A DNA stretch of 58,948 bases, filler included. It is 5 parts of 5 records of this genome, joined end to end, with 100 filler letters (N's around TTAATTAATTAA, not from the genome) between each part and the next. Parts side by side here need not be neighbours in the genome. Positions count along the whole stretch, not along the records: positions 21,037 to 38,311 come from SRR2962707_747; positions 38,412 to 43,970 come from SRR2962707_761; 3 more parts are not named here. The stretch is one strand, 5' to 3'. Below the pieces are notes generated by a model. It searched no databases. It saw only the letters and a program-made list of their open reading frames with translations, and was not told the DNA's origin. Below are positions 29,430-38,825 of this stretch, in pieces. How positions within the stretch are numbered: the first letter of the stretch is position 1; each line of letters starts with the position of its first letter. Both the position numbers and the translations under genes were made by a program.

Positions 29430-31010
29430 TTAATTATTCACAGACACATCCCACCAAAGCAATGTATTTAGATTATCTCCTCCCATTCTGCTCACAGCCT
29501 CTTGGTAGTTTGCATTGTTTGTAGATTTTACTGAATTTGGATATTGAAAACGAACTGGCACTTTCCCTCCGTTAGCAGCATCTGGACCAGGCACTATTGC
29601 TGGCATATTGGTACGTCTCCAATCCGACCAAGCTTCAAAACCTGTGTAGAAAAGTGAAATCCATTTTTGCATAGCCACTTTCCCTAGTTTTTCTTCGGAA
29701 GTTCCTGTATAAGCTACTTTTTCTTGATTTATATATGCATCTACATCAAAACTTGCCAAGCTTGTAGCTATTTCATTCCAACCTCCAGCATTAATTCTTT
29801 CTAGATAATACTCAAATGAAGCATAAATTCCATTTTCATAATACTGCTCTGATGTCCCTGCAGTAATAAAATTTTTCTCGCGAGCTTCCGCTAAAATAAA
29901 CTGAAGTTCAGAATAACTCATTATAATAGTTTGAGAAGCTGTTGGAGAAGCATTTTCAGGATCACATGCTCTACATGTAAGTAAAACCCCCAAACGAGAA
30001 ATAAAATTAGAACCCGATTTTTGTGGATCCCCAGAAGGACTATATGCCAATGCATCTTCATCATTTAAACCATTTGGCATCCCTACATAATCGTCCATAT
30101 TATCCGAATAAATCCCTTTTCCTGATGCCGAAGTAGGCTGGGCAAAAACAATTAATCTTTGGTCGTTTAAATCCTTTAGCCTAGTTTCTAAAGTAGTACT
30201 TAACCTTACCTCATCATAACTTCCAGATCGAGTAGTAAATTTAGGCTGTGGATTATCAGAATTCCATTGTATCACTGCAGCATCTCCATTGCTTTCAAAA
30301 ATTGGAAATTCTGAAGGAGCATTTGTTATTTCCTTCATTTCCGAAATTGCTCTCGCTTTATCTACATCACTAATTCTCATTAATAATCTTAATCGCAAAG
30401 AGTTTGAGAACTTTCTCCATTTAGTAACATCTCCATTGTAAAGAATATCCCCAGAGATAGTAGCAGCTCCTTTTAATAAATTATTTGCAACAGTAAGATC
30501 TGTAATTAGTCCATCATAAATTTCACTTTGTGGTGTAAATTCTGGTGTAATATTATCTTCTCTTATTCCTTTTGTTGCTTGTGTGTATGGCACATCTCCA
30601 TAAGCATCTGTTAAGTAAGAATAAATCCAAGATTTTACTATTAAAGCAACAGCTAAGTAATTTTCTTGTCCTTTTACACCTTCCGTAGATTCTATAATAT
30701 TCTCAACATCTCTAAGCGCATCATAGGCATCGTTATATGGGTTTCCTGTTGGCGACCAATTATAGCGATCTCCACTTGTAAACTGTAGTCTTGCTCCATA
30801 TTGTGCAACTGTAAAGCCTTGTTCCCAGCCCATATTACCCCAATTGTAAGACATTTGTCTTAAAATCCCTGGCAATAATAATTCTGATGCTGCCTTTTCA
30901 GGATAATTAGGATTTGCATTTATTTCTTCAAAATCTTTAGTACAGGCATTTAATGAAAGTATCATTGTAGCCCCTAAAAATAGCTTCTTTATAAATTGAT
31001 TTTTCTTCAT
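29430..31010 (-). CDS. SusD/RagB family lipoprotein
   Basis: LNACTKDFEEIN.NPN, LTDAYGDVPY, KWRKFSNSLRLR, QKWISLF...EAWSDWRRT and LWWD. Confidence 0.95.
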   Translation of the reverse strand: MKKNQFIKKLFLGATMILSLNACTKDFEEINANPNYPEKAASELLLPGILRQMSYNWGNMGWEQGFTVAQYGARLQFTSGDRYNWSPTGNPYNDAYDALRDVENIIESTEGVKGQENYLAVALIVKSWIYSYLTDAYGDVPYTQATKGIREDNITPEFTPQSEIYDGLITDLTVANNLLKGAATISGDILYNGDVTKWRKFSNSLRLRLLMRISDVDKARAISEMKEITNAPSEFPIFESNGDAAVIQWNSDNPQPKFTTRSGSYDEVRLSTTLETRLKDLNDQRLIVFAQPTSASGKGIYSDNMDDYVGMPNGLNDEDALAYSPSGDPQKSGSNFISRLGVLLTCRACDPENASPTASQTIIMSYSELQFILAEAREKNFITAGTSEQYYENGIYASFEYYLERINAGGWNEIATSLASFDVDAYINQEKVAYTGTSEEKLGKVAMQKWISLFYTGFEAWSDWRRTNMPAIVPGPDAANGGKVPVRFQYPNSVKSTNNANYQEAVSRMGGDNLNTLLWWDVSVNN

Positions 31011-31020
31011 TTCTATTGAA

Positions 31021-34000
31021 TTAAAAGTCTACTCGTAAATTAAAAGTGAATGATCTTGTACTTGGATACGACATGTTTTCGATTCCAGGTTGCAATGTCC
31101 CTCCCGAAACAGCTACTGTTTCTGGGTCAAAATGTGGGTTTTCTGTCCACAGAAGTAAGTTTCTTCCGCTAAGAGAAAATCTAGCATTTGTAATTGGCAA
31201 CTGCTTTATAAAGCGCTTAGGAATAGTGTACCCCAATGTTACCTCTCTTAGTTTTGTGTAAGAAGCATCATATTTTGCAGCCTCCACATTATCTCTTTCG
31301 TAATATCTGTTATTATAAGTTCTAGCATCTACATTAGTAGTATTAGGTTCATAAACCCCATCCGATACTTGTACAACTCCATCTGCAACAATTCCTGTTT
31401 CTCTTCCTACTAAAGTTTCCTTTAATTGTCCAGAAGTACTTCCAATTGTTTTTGTTCTAGACACTACAATTCCTCCTTGGCGGGTATCTAATAGAAATCC
31501 AAAATCAAAAGCCTTATATCTAAAGCTATTCTGAAACCCAAGCGTATAATCTGGAGCATAATCTCCTTGGTACACCAAATCATCTGTACGTAACGGAATT
31601 CCATTTTCATCAATAATCATTTCCCCAAAGTACGGGCTATTCTCATCTTCTACTCTTTGAAATCCTCTTCCGTAAATTGCACTAATAGAACCTCCTTCTC
31701 TTGCTTGAATAAAAGCTGAATTTCTTTCGGTTAAGGTATAATCTACCCCTCCCAAATCTGTAACCTCACTTTGGTTTTTAGCAAAATTGAAGGTTGCTTT
31801 CCATGAAAAATTATCATTTCTAACTGGAGTTATTCCTAAAATAGCTTCAAAACCATAATTTTTAACCTCCCCAGCATTGATAAGTTTACTAGCGTAACCA
31901 CTAGCAATATCTGCATCAATAGAAATAATCTGGTTCTTTGTTAAGGAGCTATAATAAGTAGCATCTATATTTAAGCGACTCTGAAAAAAGCGTAAGTCAA
32001 CCCCAAATTCATAAGAAGAAGTAATCTCTGGTTTTAAATTTGCATTTGGTATTAAAGAAGATTCTGTTAACACCGGATACTCTCCAAACGGATTCTCATT
32101 GGTATAAAAACTAGATAATTTATAAGGATCTGTATCATTACCAACTTCTGCATAAGCTGCTCTCAATTTGGCAAAACTTACAAACTCTGGCAACACAAAC
32201 ATATCGCTAAACACTGTACTCAATGTTACAGAAGGGTAGAAATATGAATTATTATTAGAAGGAAGCGTACTAGACCAATCGTTTCTTCCTGTTATATCTA
32301 AAAACAGATAATTATTATAGGCTAAACGAGCAAAACCGTACACACTATTAATACGTTTATTTTGATCTATGGAAGTAACTTCTAATGGTTTTCTATTATT
32401 ATTAAAAGAATACACCCCTGGATTTATCAGTTCTGGCGCTACCGTTTGGTCGTACTCTTGATTTTGTCTAAGTTGATTAGCTCCTACAGAAAAGTTTACA
32501 TTCCATTTTTCATTAAAAGTTTTATCGTATGACAATAGGAAGTCTGTATTAATCTCTTCAAAAAACACATTATCTTCTCTATAATATCCTAACGGAAAAC
32601 GTTGCGTACTAAAAGCTCTCTTTTTAGCTCTTAAATCTCGGTAAAAATCGCGTCCTGTACGAAGTAACAGTTTCCAATTATCGGAAATATCATAGGTTAA
32701 ATTTACATTTCCATATACCCGATCTTTGTCTTGAGAATTTGTATTTTCATACACATTAAAGAAAGGATTATCATGGTAATTGTAATTGTAATTAAACTGC
32801 TGCACGCCTTCTTGCCCTGGCATCCAATAATCTCTTAAACTATTGGTATTTAATTGTCTTCCGTACCAAATAAAAAGATACATAATACTTTCTGTTCCAT
32901 AACTCAACGACGGTCTGTTGCCACTATCACTTTTTACATAATTTACATTTGCATTAACCTTAACTTTATCAGTTAAATTAAGACCCGCACTTAAATTAAA
33001 TGTATTTCTCTCTAAATCTGTATTAGGAACAACTCCTTCTTGATCAAAATTCTGATAGCTGAAACGGATATTCCCTAAATCTCCAGCTTTAGAAATAGAA
33101 ATACTATTGGTTTTGGTAAATCCAGTATTAAAAAAATCTTTTGTGTTATCTGGATTAGAAACCCAAGGAGTTGCTATAATTGGAGAATTACTTATTAAAT
33201 CTCCCCCACGAGTTCCGTCTTGTCTAGGCGAATCGAACTGCGGAATTAAAAGTCCTGTATCTAATCTTGGTCCCCAACTTTCGTCAACACCATCTGCAAT
33301 TCCTCCTCCTTTTCCATCTACAAAAGAGAATTGTTGATTATTACCTTGACCGTATTCATTTTGCCAATCTGGTAACATTAAAATATTATCTACTGTTACT
33401 CCAGTATTTATGGTAACCCCTATTTTTCCATCTTTAGAAGTTCCTTTTTTTGTTGTGATGATGATAGCCCCGTTTGCCGCTCTAGAACCATATAAAGCTG
33501 CCGCCGCTGGCCCTTTTAAAACGTTCATCGACTCAATATTCTCTGGGTTTATCTCAGCAGCTCCATTTCCGTAATCCACATCTTGAGTCCCAGCTCCAGA
33601 AGATCCAACTATTTCATTACTAATAGGAGTACCATCTATAATAAACAAAGGAGAGTTTCCATTAATATTTAACGACGCATCTCCACGAATAGAAACTCTA
33701 GCAGACCCTCCAATTCCTGAAGGACTATTAGTTACTTGAAGTCCCGCTACTTTACCAGAAATACTATTTAATAGATTAGGCTCTCTTGCCGAACTAATTT
33801 GGTCGCTATCAAGTTCTTGAGAAGCATATCCTAGCGACTTCTTTTCTCTTTCAATACCTAGAGCAGTTACCACCACTGCATCTAATTGTTGAGAATCTGG
33901 TTGTAAAACAACTTTTACTCCATTCTCTAATGCTGAATTAATTTCTTGAGAAAGATACCCAACGTAAGAAATTATCAATATTTCGTTGCCTTGGGGGAGC

Positions 34001-34182
34001 TCTATCTCAAAATTTCCGTCAAAATCTGTAGCAACTCCATTATTTTGACCTTTTATCATAATGGATGCACCTGGTAAAGGTGTGCTATTTTCATCTAATA
34101 CACTCCCTTTAAATAAGGTTTGAGAGTAACTTGTAATAAATGCGAAGAACGCAAATACACATAATAATTTCCGCTTATTCAT
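31021..34182 (-). CDS. SusC/RagA TonB-dependent transporter
   Basis: VVVTALGIERE, VLKGPAAAALYGSRAANGAIIITTKKG, and a C-terminal Phe. Confidence 0.97.
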   Translation of the reverse strand: MNKRKLLCVFAFFAFITSYSQTLFKGSVLDENSTPLPGASIMIKGQNNGVATDFDGNFEIELPQGNEILIISYVGYLSQEINSALENGVKVVLQPDSQQLDAVVVTALGIEREKKSLGYASQELDSDQISSAREPNLLNSISGKVAGLQVTNSPSGIGGSARVSIRGDASLNINGNSPLFIIDGTPISNEIVGSSGAGTQDVDYGNGAAEINPENIESMNVLKGPAAAALYGSRAANGAIIITTKKGTSKDGKIGVTINTGVTVDNILMLPDWQNEYGQGNNQQFSFVDGKGGGIADGVDESWGPRLDTGLLIPQFDSPRQDGTRGGDLISNSPIIATPWVSNPDNTKDFFNTGFTKTNSISISKAGDLGNIRFSYQNFDQEGVVPNTDLERNTFNLSAGLNLTDKVKVNANVNYVKSDSGNRPSLSYGTESIMYLFIWYGRQLNTNSLRDYWMPGQEGVQQFNYNYNYHDNPFFNVYENTNSQDKDRVYGNVNLTYDISDNWKLLLRTGRDFYRDLRAKKRAFSTQRFPLGYYREDNVFFEEINTDFLLSYDKTFNEKWNVNFSVGANQLRQNQEYDQTVAPELINPGVYSFNNNRKPLEVTSIDQNKRINSVYGFARLAYNNYLFLDITGRNDWSSTLPSNNNSYFYPSVTLSTVFSDMFVLPEFVSFAKLRAAYAEVGNDTDPYKLSSFYTNENPFGEYPVLTESSLIPNANLKPEITSSYEFGVDLRFFQSRLNIDATYYSSLTKNQIISIDADIASGYASKLINAGEVKNYGFEAILGITPVRNDNFSWKATFNFAKNQSEVTDLGGVDYTLTERNSAFIQAREGGSISAIYGRGFQRVEDENSPYFGEMIIDENGIPLRTDDLVYQGDYAPDYTLGFQNSFRYKAFDFGFLLDTRQGGIVVSRTKTIGSTSGQLKETLVGRETGIVADGVVQVSDGVYEPNTTNVDARTYNNRYYERDNVEAAKYDASYTKLREVTLGYTIPKRFIKQLPITNARFSLSGRNLLLWTENPHFDPETVAVSGGTLQPGIENMSYPSTRSFTFNLRVDF

Positions 34183-34184
34183 TT

Positions 34185-34199
34185 TTTCGTATTTGTAAA
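34185..34199 (-). promoter_or_regulatory. Candidate XRE operator next to the susC start
   Basis: Minus strand TTTACAAATACGAAA, a 13/15 match to the site at 38142. Confidence 0.5.
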
Positions 34200-34318
34200 C
34201 TTTATTAAGTTATTTAGTTATGCAAATATCGAAGAGGTAAGTTAAGTTAAACTACATGCACTATTAAATCATTGCAATCATACTGTAAATTCAGTTAACA
34301 AAAAGTTAACAACCTTAG

Positions 34319-34333
34319 TTTACTAATAGTTAC
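34319..34333 (+). promoter_or_regulatory. Candidate XRE operator in the susC/regulator divergent region
   Basis: TTTACTAATAGTTAC, a 12/15 match to TTTACAAATAGTAAA. Confidence 0.45.
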
Positions 34334-34440
34334 TTTTCTGTTTTTCATTAATTTGAATAAATAACAGAATCAAAAGCATAAAATAGGGTAAATAATTTAC
34401 AGTATTTCTTTTAATTTTGAGGTGTAAAAAACTCTACTAA

Positions 34441-35007
34441 ATGGAAGATTATCTTATAGGTATTGGTAAGCGAATAAAAGAAATTAGAAAAAATGATGGT
34501 AAAACCATTAATGATGTTGCTGTAAAAGCAGAAGTAACTAGCGGACTTATTTCTCGTATTGAAAATGGAAGAACAATTCCTTCCCTCCCAGTATTTATAA
34601 AAATAGTAAATGCGCTTGAAGTTGAAGTAACCGATTTTTTTAAAGGAATACCAAATGGTAGTGGCGCTAATTTTATTGTTTCAAGAAAAGAAGAAAATAC
34701 CCCTATTGATAAAGAGGAAGAGGCAGAAGGCTTTACCTACAACTTTATATTTAGCAAACAACTTTCTTCCCTTGGTTTTGAAACAGTTCTCTTAGAAGTA
34801 AAACCAAATTCTAAAAGAGAAAAAGTAACTACCGATGCATTTGAATTTAAATACATTCTTTCAGGAGAATGTTACTATATTATTGGAGAAGAAGAAGTTT
34901 TACTAAAAGAAGGAGATTCCATATTTTTTGATGGTAGAATTCCACACGTACCAGAAAACAGAAGTAAACAACCTTCTAAAATGCTAGTTGTTTACTTCTT
35001 TATATAA
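34441..35007 (+). CDS. XRE-family HTH regulator with cupin domain
   Basis: IGKRIKEIRK...LISRIENGRTIPSL and the cupin motif EFKYILSGE...LKEGDSIFFDGRIPH. Confidence 0.93.
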   Translation: MEDYLIGIGKRIKEIRKNDGKTINDVAVKAEVTSGLISRIENGRTIPSLPVFIKIVNALEVEVTDFFKGIPNGSGANFIVSRKEENTPIDKEEEAEGFTYNFIFSKQLSSLGFETVLLEVKPNSKREKVTTDAFEFKYILSGECYYIIGEEEVLLKEGDSIFFDGRIPHVPENRSKQPSKMLVVYFFI

Positions 35008-35012
35008 TACCT

Positions 35013-35690
35013 TTATTTAAGCAATATATCTTTTAATTCTAATAAAGATGCTACTACATAAGTAGGATGAGCACTCAGTAATTGCTCTTTTGTATGAGCT
35101 CCCGTAGTAACTCCTACCGTAATTGCACAGTTTGCATTTTTTCCTTCTTCAATATCTATAATAGAATCTCCAGCCTTTAACACCTTATTTGCCTCAAGAA
35201 CATTGGTTAATTCCATTGCCTTAGAAATCATGTCTGGACATGGCCTTCCATTTACTACATCATCGGCAGTAATTAAAACATCATATTGTTCTCCCTTTGT
35301 CCAGTTTAATTTATTCAACAACAAGGTTGCAATTTCTTTATTGTACCCTGTATTTAATGCAACTTTAATATTGTTACTTTTTAGTAATTTAAATAACTCT
35401 TCAACACCGTTACAAGCTTTGACCGCTAATTTTTTGTATGCTTTATCCAGTAATACTTTGAAGTCTTCAAAAATAACATCCGACTTACTTTTATCTTCAT
35501 TTAATTCTTCTAAAACATCTTTAATAGCTTGATGCTTTTCTTTCCCAGCGCCATGTGTAAGCACAAAGTCTAATTCTACTTTATACCCTGCATTATTTAT
35601 TGCTTTCTGTAAGGTTTTATAAACAACATTACCTTCGTTCACTGTAGTTCCAGCCATATCAAAAACGGCAAGTTTTATTTTATTTTGCAT
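35013..35690 (-). CDS. Phosphonatase-like HAD hydrolase (PhnX-like, TIGR03351 type)
   Basis: FDMAGTTV, cap motif GAGKEK, LNTGY, GRPCPDMI, GDSIIDIEEG and GVTTGA. Adjacent to the TIGR03364 oxidase. Confidence 0.85.
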   Translation of the reverse strand: MQNKIKLAVFDMAGTTVNEGNVVYKTLQKAINNAGYKVELDFVLTHGAGKEKHQAIKDVLEELNEDKSKSDVIFEDFKVLLDKAYKKLAVKACNGVEELFKLLKSNNIKVALNTGYNKEIATLLLNKLNWTKGEQYDVLITADDVVNGRPCPDMISKAMELTNVLEANKVLKAGDSIIDIEEGKNANCAITVGVTTGAHTKEQLLSAHPTYVVASLLELKDILLK

Positions 35691-35691
35691 T

Positions 35692-36855
35692 TTAAAAATT
35701 AAAAATTGAATTAATATTTTCTTTAGAAAAACCTGCGCTTCCTGTCATTCCTTTTCCTCCAATTCCAGTTACGATATGAATATTTTTATCTATTGTTTTC
35801 AAATAAATATCGCTTTCCTTGCACTGCGAATACATTCCATACCACCTATGCTGAATGGCATAATTTGGTAAATAGAATATTTTTTTAGCCTCCTCAATAA
35901 TAAATTGATCTATATCCATATTTAAATCAAAACCTAAACTTTCCTTTTCTTTAACTGATGCATACTCATGAGAATCGCCTATAATTACAGAACCATCTAC
36001 TGCTTGCTTAAACAAAATATGCACTCCCCATTTTTTTTCTAAACTCTCAGAAGATTCTTTTTCTTTTATCTTTTTAAATGAAGGGCATTCGAAAAAAGCT
36101 TCATATCTTCTTATAGAAAGTCCCGTAAGAATTGCCCCCTTCATTTTATAATTTAATGGTTGAGGCTTGGTTGCCATCATCTGTAATTTGGAGATTATTA
36201 ATTCACTTTCAGAAAATAATTCAGGATATAAATTCTCAAAATCACTTCCATTACAAATAATCACTTTTTCGGCTGTAACAACCATTCCGTCTGCTGTAAA
36301 TACTTTTACACATTCTCCTACAGATTCATTTCTTACCACTGTCTTTCCAGAAAAAAGTGCTAATCCCTTTGTTTGTAAATAAGCATGAAGCTTACTTATC
36401 ATAACTCGAGGTTCTACTAAAACCTCATCAGGAAAGAATAAAGACTCTTTTACATAAGCCTCATTTATGCCTGCATAATTATTAATTGTTTTTTCTTTAG
36501 TCCACAATTCGGACGTATAATTATTTGCTTGGTTAATTTTTTTTAACTCGTGTAATAATTTAACTTCCTCCTCATTAGAAGCTATATAAACCGATCCTTC
36601 TTGGCGTACAGAAATATCAAATTTTGATTGAATCTCCTTATATATTTTCAGACTCTCCCTACCAAAAGTCTGCCATTTCGTGTTCATTCCAGAAGGAACT
36701 ACTTGTCCGAAATTTCTAACAGTAGCCCCTTGAAGTATTTTATTTTTCTCTATTAATGCTACTTTTAACCCTTTATTAATGGCATGATAAGCATGAAAAC
36801 TCCCCAATACTCCTCCTCCAATAACAACAAGATCATACTTCTCAATATTATTCAT
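35692..36855 (-). CDS. TIGR03364-type FAD-dependent oxidoreductase (phosphonate-associated)
   Basis: GGGVLGSFHA, GATVRNFG, KLQMM, TGLSIRRYEAF, IGDSHEY and GIGGKGMT. Confidence 0.88.
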   Translation of the reverse strand: MNNIEKYDLVVIGGGVLGSFHAYHAINKGLKVALIEKNKILQGATVRNFGQVVPSGMNTKWQTFGRESLKIYKEIQSKFDISVRQEGSVYIASNEEEVKLLHELKKINQANNYTSELWTKEKTINNYAGINEAYVKESLFFPDEVLVEPRVMISKLHAYLQTKGLALFSGKTVVRNESVGECVKVFTADGMVVTAEKVIICNGSDFENLYPELFSESELIISKLQMMATKPQPLNYKMKGAILTGLSIRRYEAFFECPSFKKIKEKESSESLEKKWGVHILFKQAVDGSVIIGDSHEYASVKEKESLGFDLNMDIDQFIIEEAKKIFYLPNYAIQHRWYGMYSQCKESDIYLKTIDKNIHIVTGIGGKGMTGSAGFSKENINSIFNF

Positions 36856-38137
36856 AAGCTATGTTTAAAAGATGTGATATTTTTTTTTCTGAAGACTTAT
36901 ATTTCTTTTTAAAATAATTTAGAGAAGCCACTGCAACAATACAACCCAGCGCTGCAATAAGGTAACATCCATAAATGAAAAAGTTTAACCACGATACTCC
37001 TCCCTGACCAAAATTCTTATAAAGCAACACGGCAATACTTCCTAAATAGCCAAAAGCATCTGCTATATAAATAAGAAATCCAGCATTTCCTTTAATTCTA
37101 AAAGCTGCTATCATTCTGTCAAAAAATATACAATTAAAAGGCACATAACATATATATAATCCGAAGCCTACGCTTATCATCCAGAAAATTTCGCTAATCA
37201 ATTCTAATTGATAGAATACCGTAAGCAACCCTATTACGAACGCTCCCCCAAAAAGCAAATAATGGTAATAAATAAAAACTCTAAAATTGCTTTTTATAAA
37301 AGCAAATAGTCCTAAAATAACAAGCACTAAAATAGCTATTGGAATCTCAGAAAATGTGTAAATAGCTATACTATCCCTAAGCCCTAATGCATCCCATATC
37401 TCTCGAGAGAAATTATCTCTATAATCTCTTAATGCCGTAAGAGCCGCATAAAAAAACACTAATATTACAATTGGAAAAAAATAGGTTTTAATCAAATTAG
37501 CCCTATCTACTTTACTCATTGGTTTTCTTTCTGCTCGTAAGGAAATATCTTCTGGTGTTGGTGAGGGGATTCGTTCTAAAAGATAAGAGAATATTAAAAA
37601 AGGAACTATAAATATTGCTCCAGTCACCGCAGGCATCCAAAACTCATTAACACCAATCCATCTCATTGAAATAAGTCCCACAGACTTTACGGCTCCACTA
37701 GAAACTATAAAACTAGAGCACAATACTACTCCCAATATCTCTGTAGTTTTTCTCCCTTCTAAATATGAAAAAACAATCCCCCAAATCACTCCCAACGGAA
37801 GTCCATTTAAAAACATAAAAACAAGATTATAGGGAGCTGGTACAACGGCAAATAACACCAAGCTAATTTCTGCCACTGCAATCATTGTTATTAATAGCAA
37901 TAAACGCTGATTATTTCTGAGTTCTGAAATAAGTTTAATCCCAATAAACTTTGAAAGCATATATCCAAGAACCTGCGCTATTATAAGAATAATTTTATAA
38001 TCTACCTCCCAAAAACTCAGCCCCTCATATGTAGCAACAGTAAATGGCTTCCTAAAGGCATACATACAAAAGTAAGTACCAAAGGCAGCAAAAGAACCAT
38101 ATAATAATGTTTTAATATCTGTTTTTGTATATTTCAA
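36848..38137 (-). CDS. DUF5690 family MFS-like membrane protein
   Basis: AFGTYFCMYAFRKPF, GYMLSKFIGIK, YLEGR, RDYRDNF and DAFGYLGS, with about 11-12 TM helices. TTG start. Confidence 0.85.
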   Translation of the reverse strand: MKYTKTDIKTLLYGSFAAFGTYFCMYAFRKPFTVATYEGLSFWEVDYKIILIIAQVLGYMLSKFIGIKLISELRNNQRLLLLITMIAVAEISLVLFAVVPAPYNLVFMFLNGLPLGVIWGIVFSYLEGRKTTEILGVVLCSSFIVSSGAVKSVGLISMRWIGVNEFWMPAVTGAIFIVPFLIFSYLLERIPSPTPEDISLRAERKPMSKVDRANLIKTYFFPIVILVFFYAALTALRDYRDNFSREIWDALGLRDSIAIYTFSEIPIAILVLVILGLFAFIKSNFRVFIYYHYLLFGGAFVIGLLTVFYQLELISEIFWMISVGFGLYICYVPFNCIFFDRMIAAFRIKGNAGFLIYIADAFGYLGSIAVLLYKNFGQGGVSWLNFFIYGCYLIAALGCIVAVASLNYFKKKYKSSEKKISHLLNIAYE

Positions 38138-38141
38138 AATG

Positions 38142-38197
38142 TTTACAAATAGTAAATTTATGGATGTAAAATTCGATAAATAATTACTATTTGTAAT
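38142..38197. promoter_or_regulatory. Two inverted copies of palindromic operator TTACAAATAGTAA
   Basis: TTTACAAATAGTAAA (38142-38156) and ATTACTATTTGTAAT (38183-38197; reverse complement ATTACAAATAGTAAT), just upstream of the DUF5690 operon. Confidence 0.65.
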
Positions 38198-38311
38198 GTT
38201 TTTAAAATTACCTTTAAGTTACCAAATGTTTAAAAAAGATGTTTTTCTGGAATAATTAAGCTTGTATTAAAAAGTAGATTTGCCACGAATTCACGGATAT
38301 ATTTTGTTGCC

Positions 38312-38411
38312 NNNNNNNNNNNNNNNNNNNNNNNNNNNNNNNNNNNNNNNNNNNNTTAATTAATTAANNNNNNNNNNNNNNNNNNNNNNNNNNNNNNNNN
38401 NNNNNNNNNNN
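38312..38411. other. Artificial contig linker
   Basis: N-run + TTAATTAATTAA + N-run. Confidence 0.98.
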
Positions 38412-38502
38412 TCACTCTCTCACTCACTCACTCACTCATAGTCGCTCCCCCCCCTCGCGCGCTCTCTCTCTATCTCTCGATCTCTCTCTCTTTCTCTCTT
38501 TC
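38412..38502. repeat. (TCAC)n and (CT)n microsatellites
   Basis: tcactcactcac and ctctctct tracts at the start of the eukaryotic contig. Confidence 0.85.
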
Positions 38503-38825
38503 TCCGCTTTGTTCGTGATCGGTTCCCTTCGGAGTCCCTCGTGGCCGATTTCTTGAGGGGGTGCGCAGGGCGTGAAGCGCTGCGAAGCACGTTCAGGATC
38601 ACAGCTCCTTTTTTCGCTTTTTTCGGAGTTTGTGCGCATGTTCGTGTGTGTCACAAAGAGAATGCCACGAATGTGGTGGGGCAATTGAGCGTGTCGCCGC
38701 CGCACACGCAGACTGCACAAAACAAAGTAAAGGAGCGAAAGGAAGAGGGCCAGCAGCGCAAACAACGAGTGTTGTGCAGAGCTGCTACCCTGTGCCTGTG
38801 TCTCTGAACCTTCTTGCAAAGGTCT

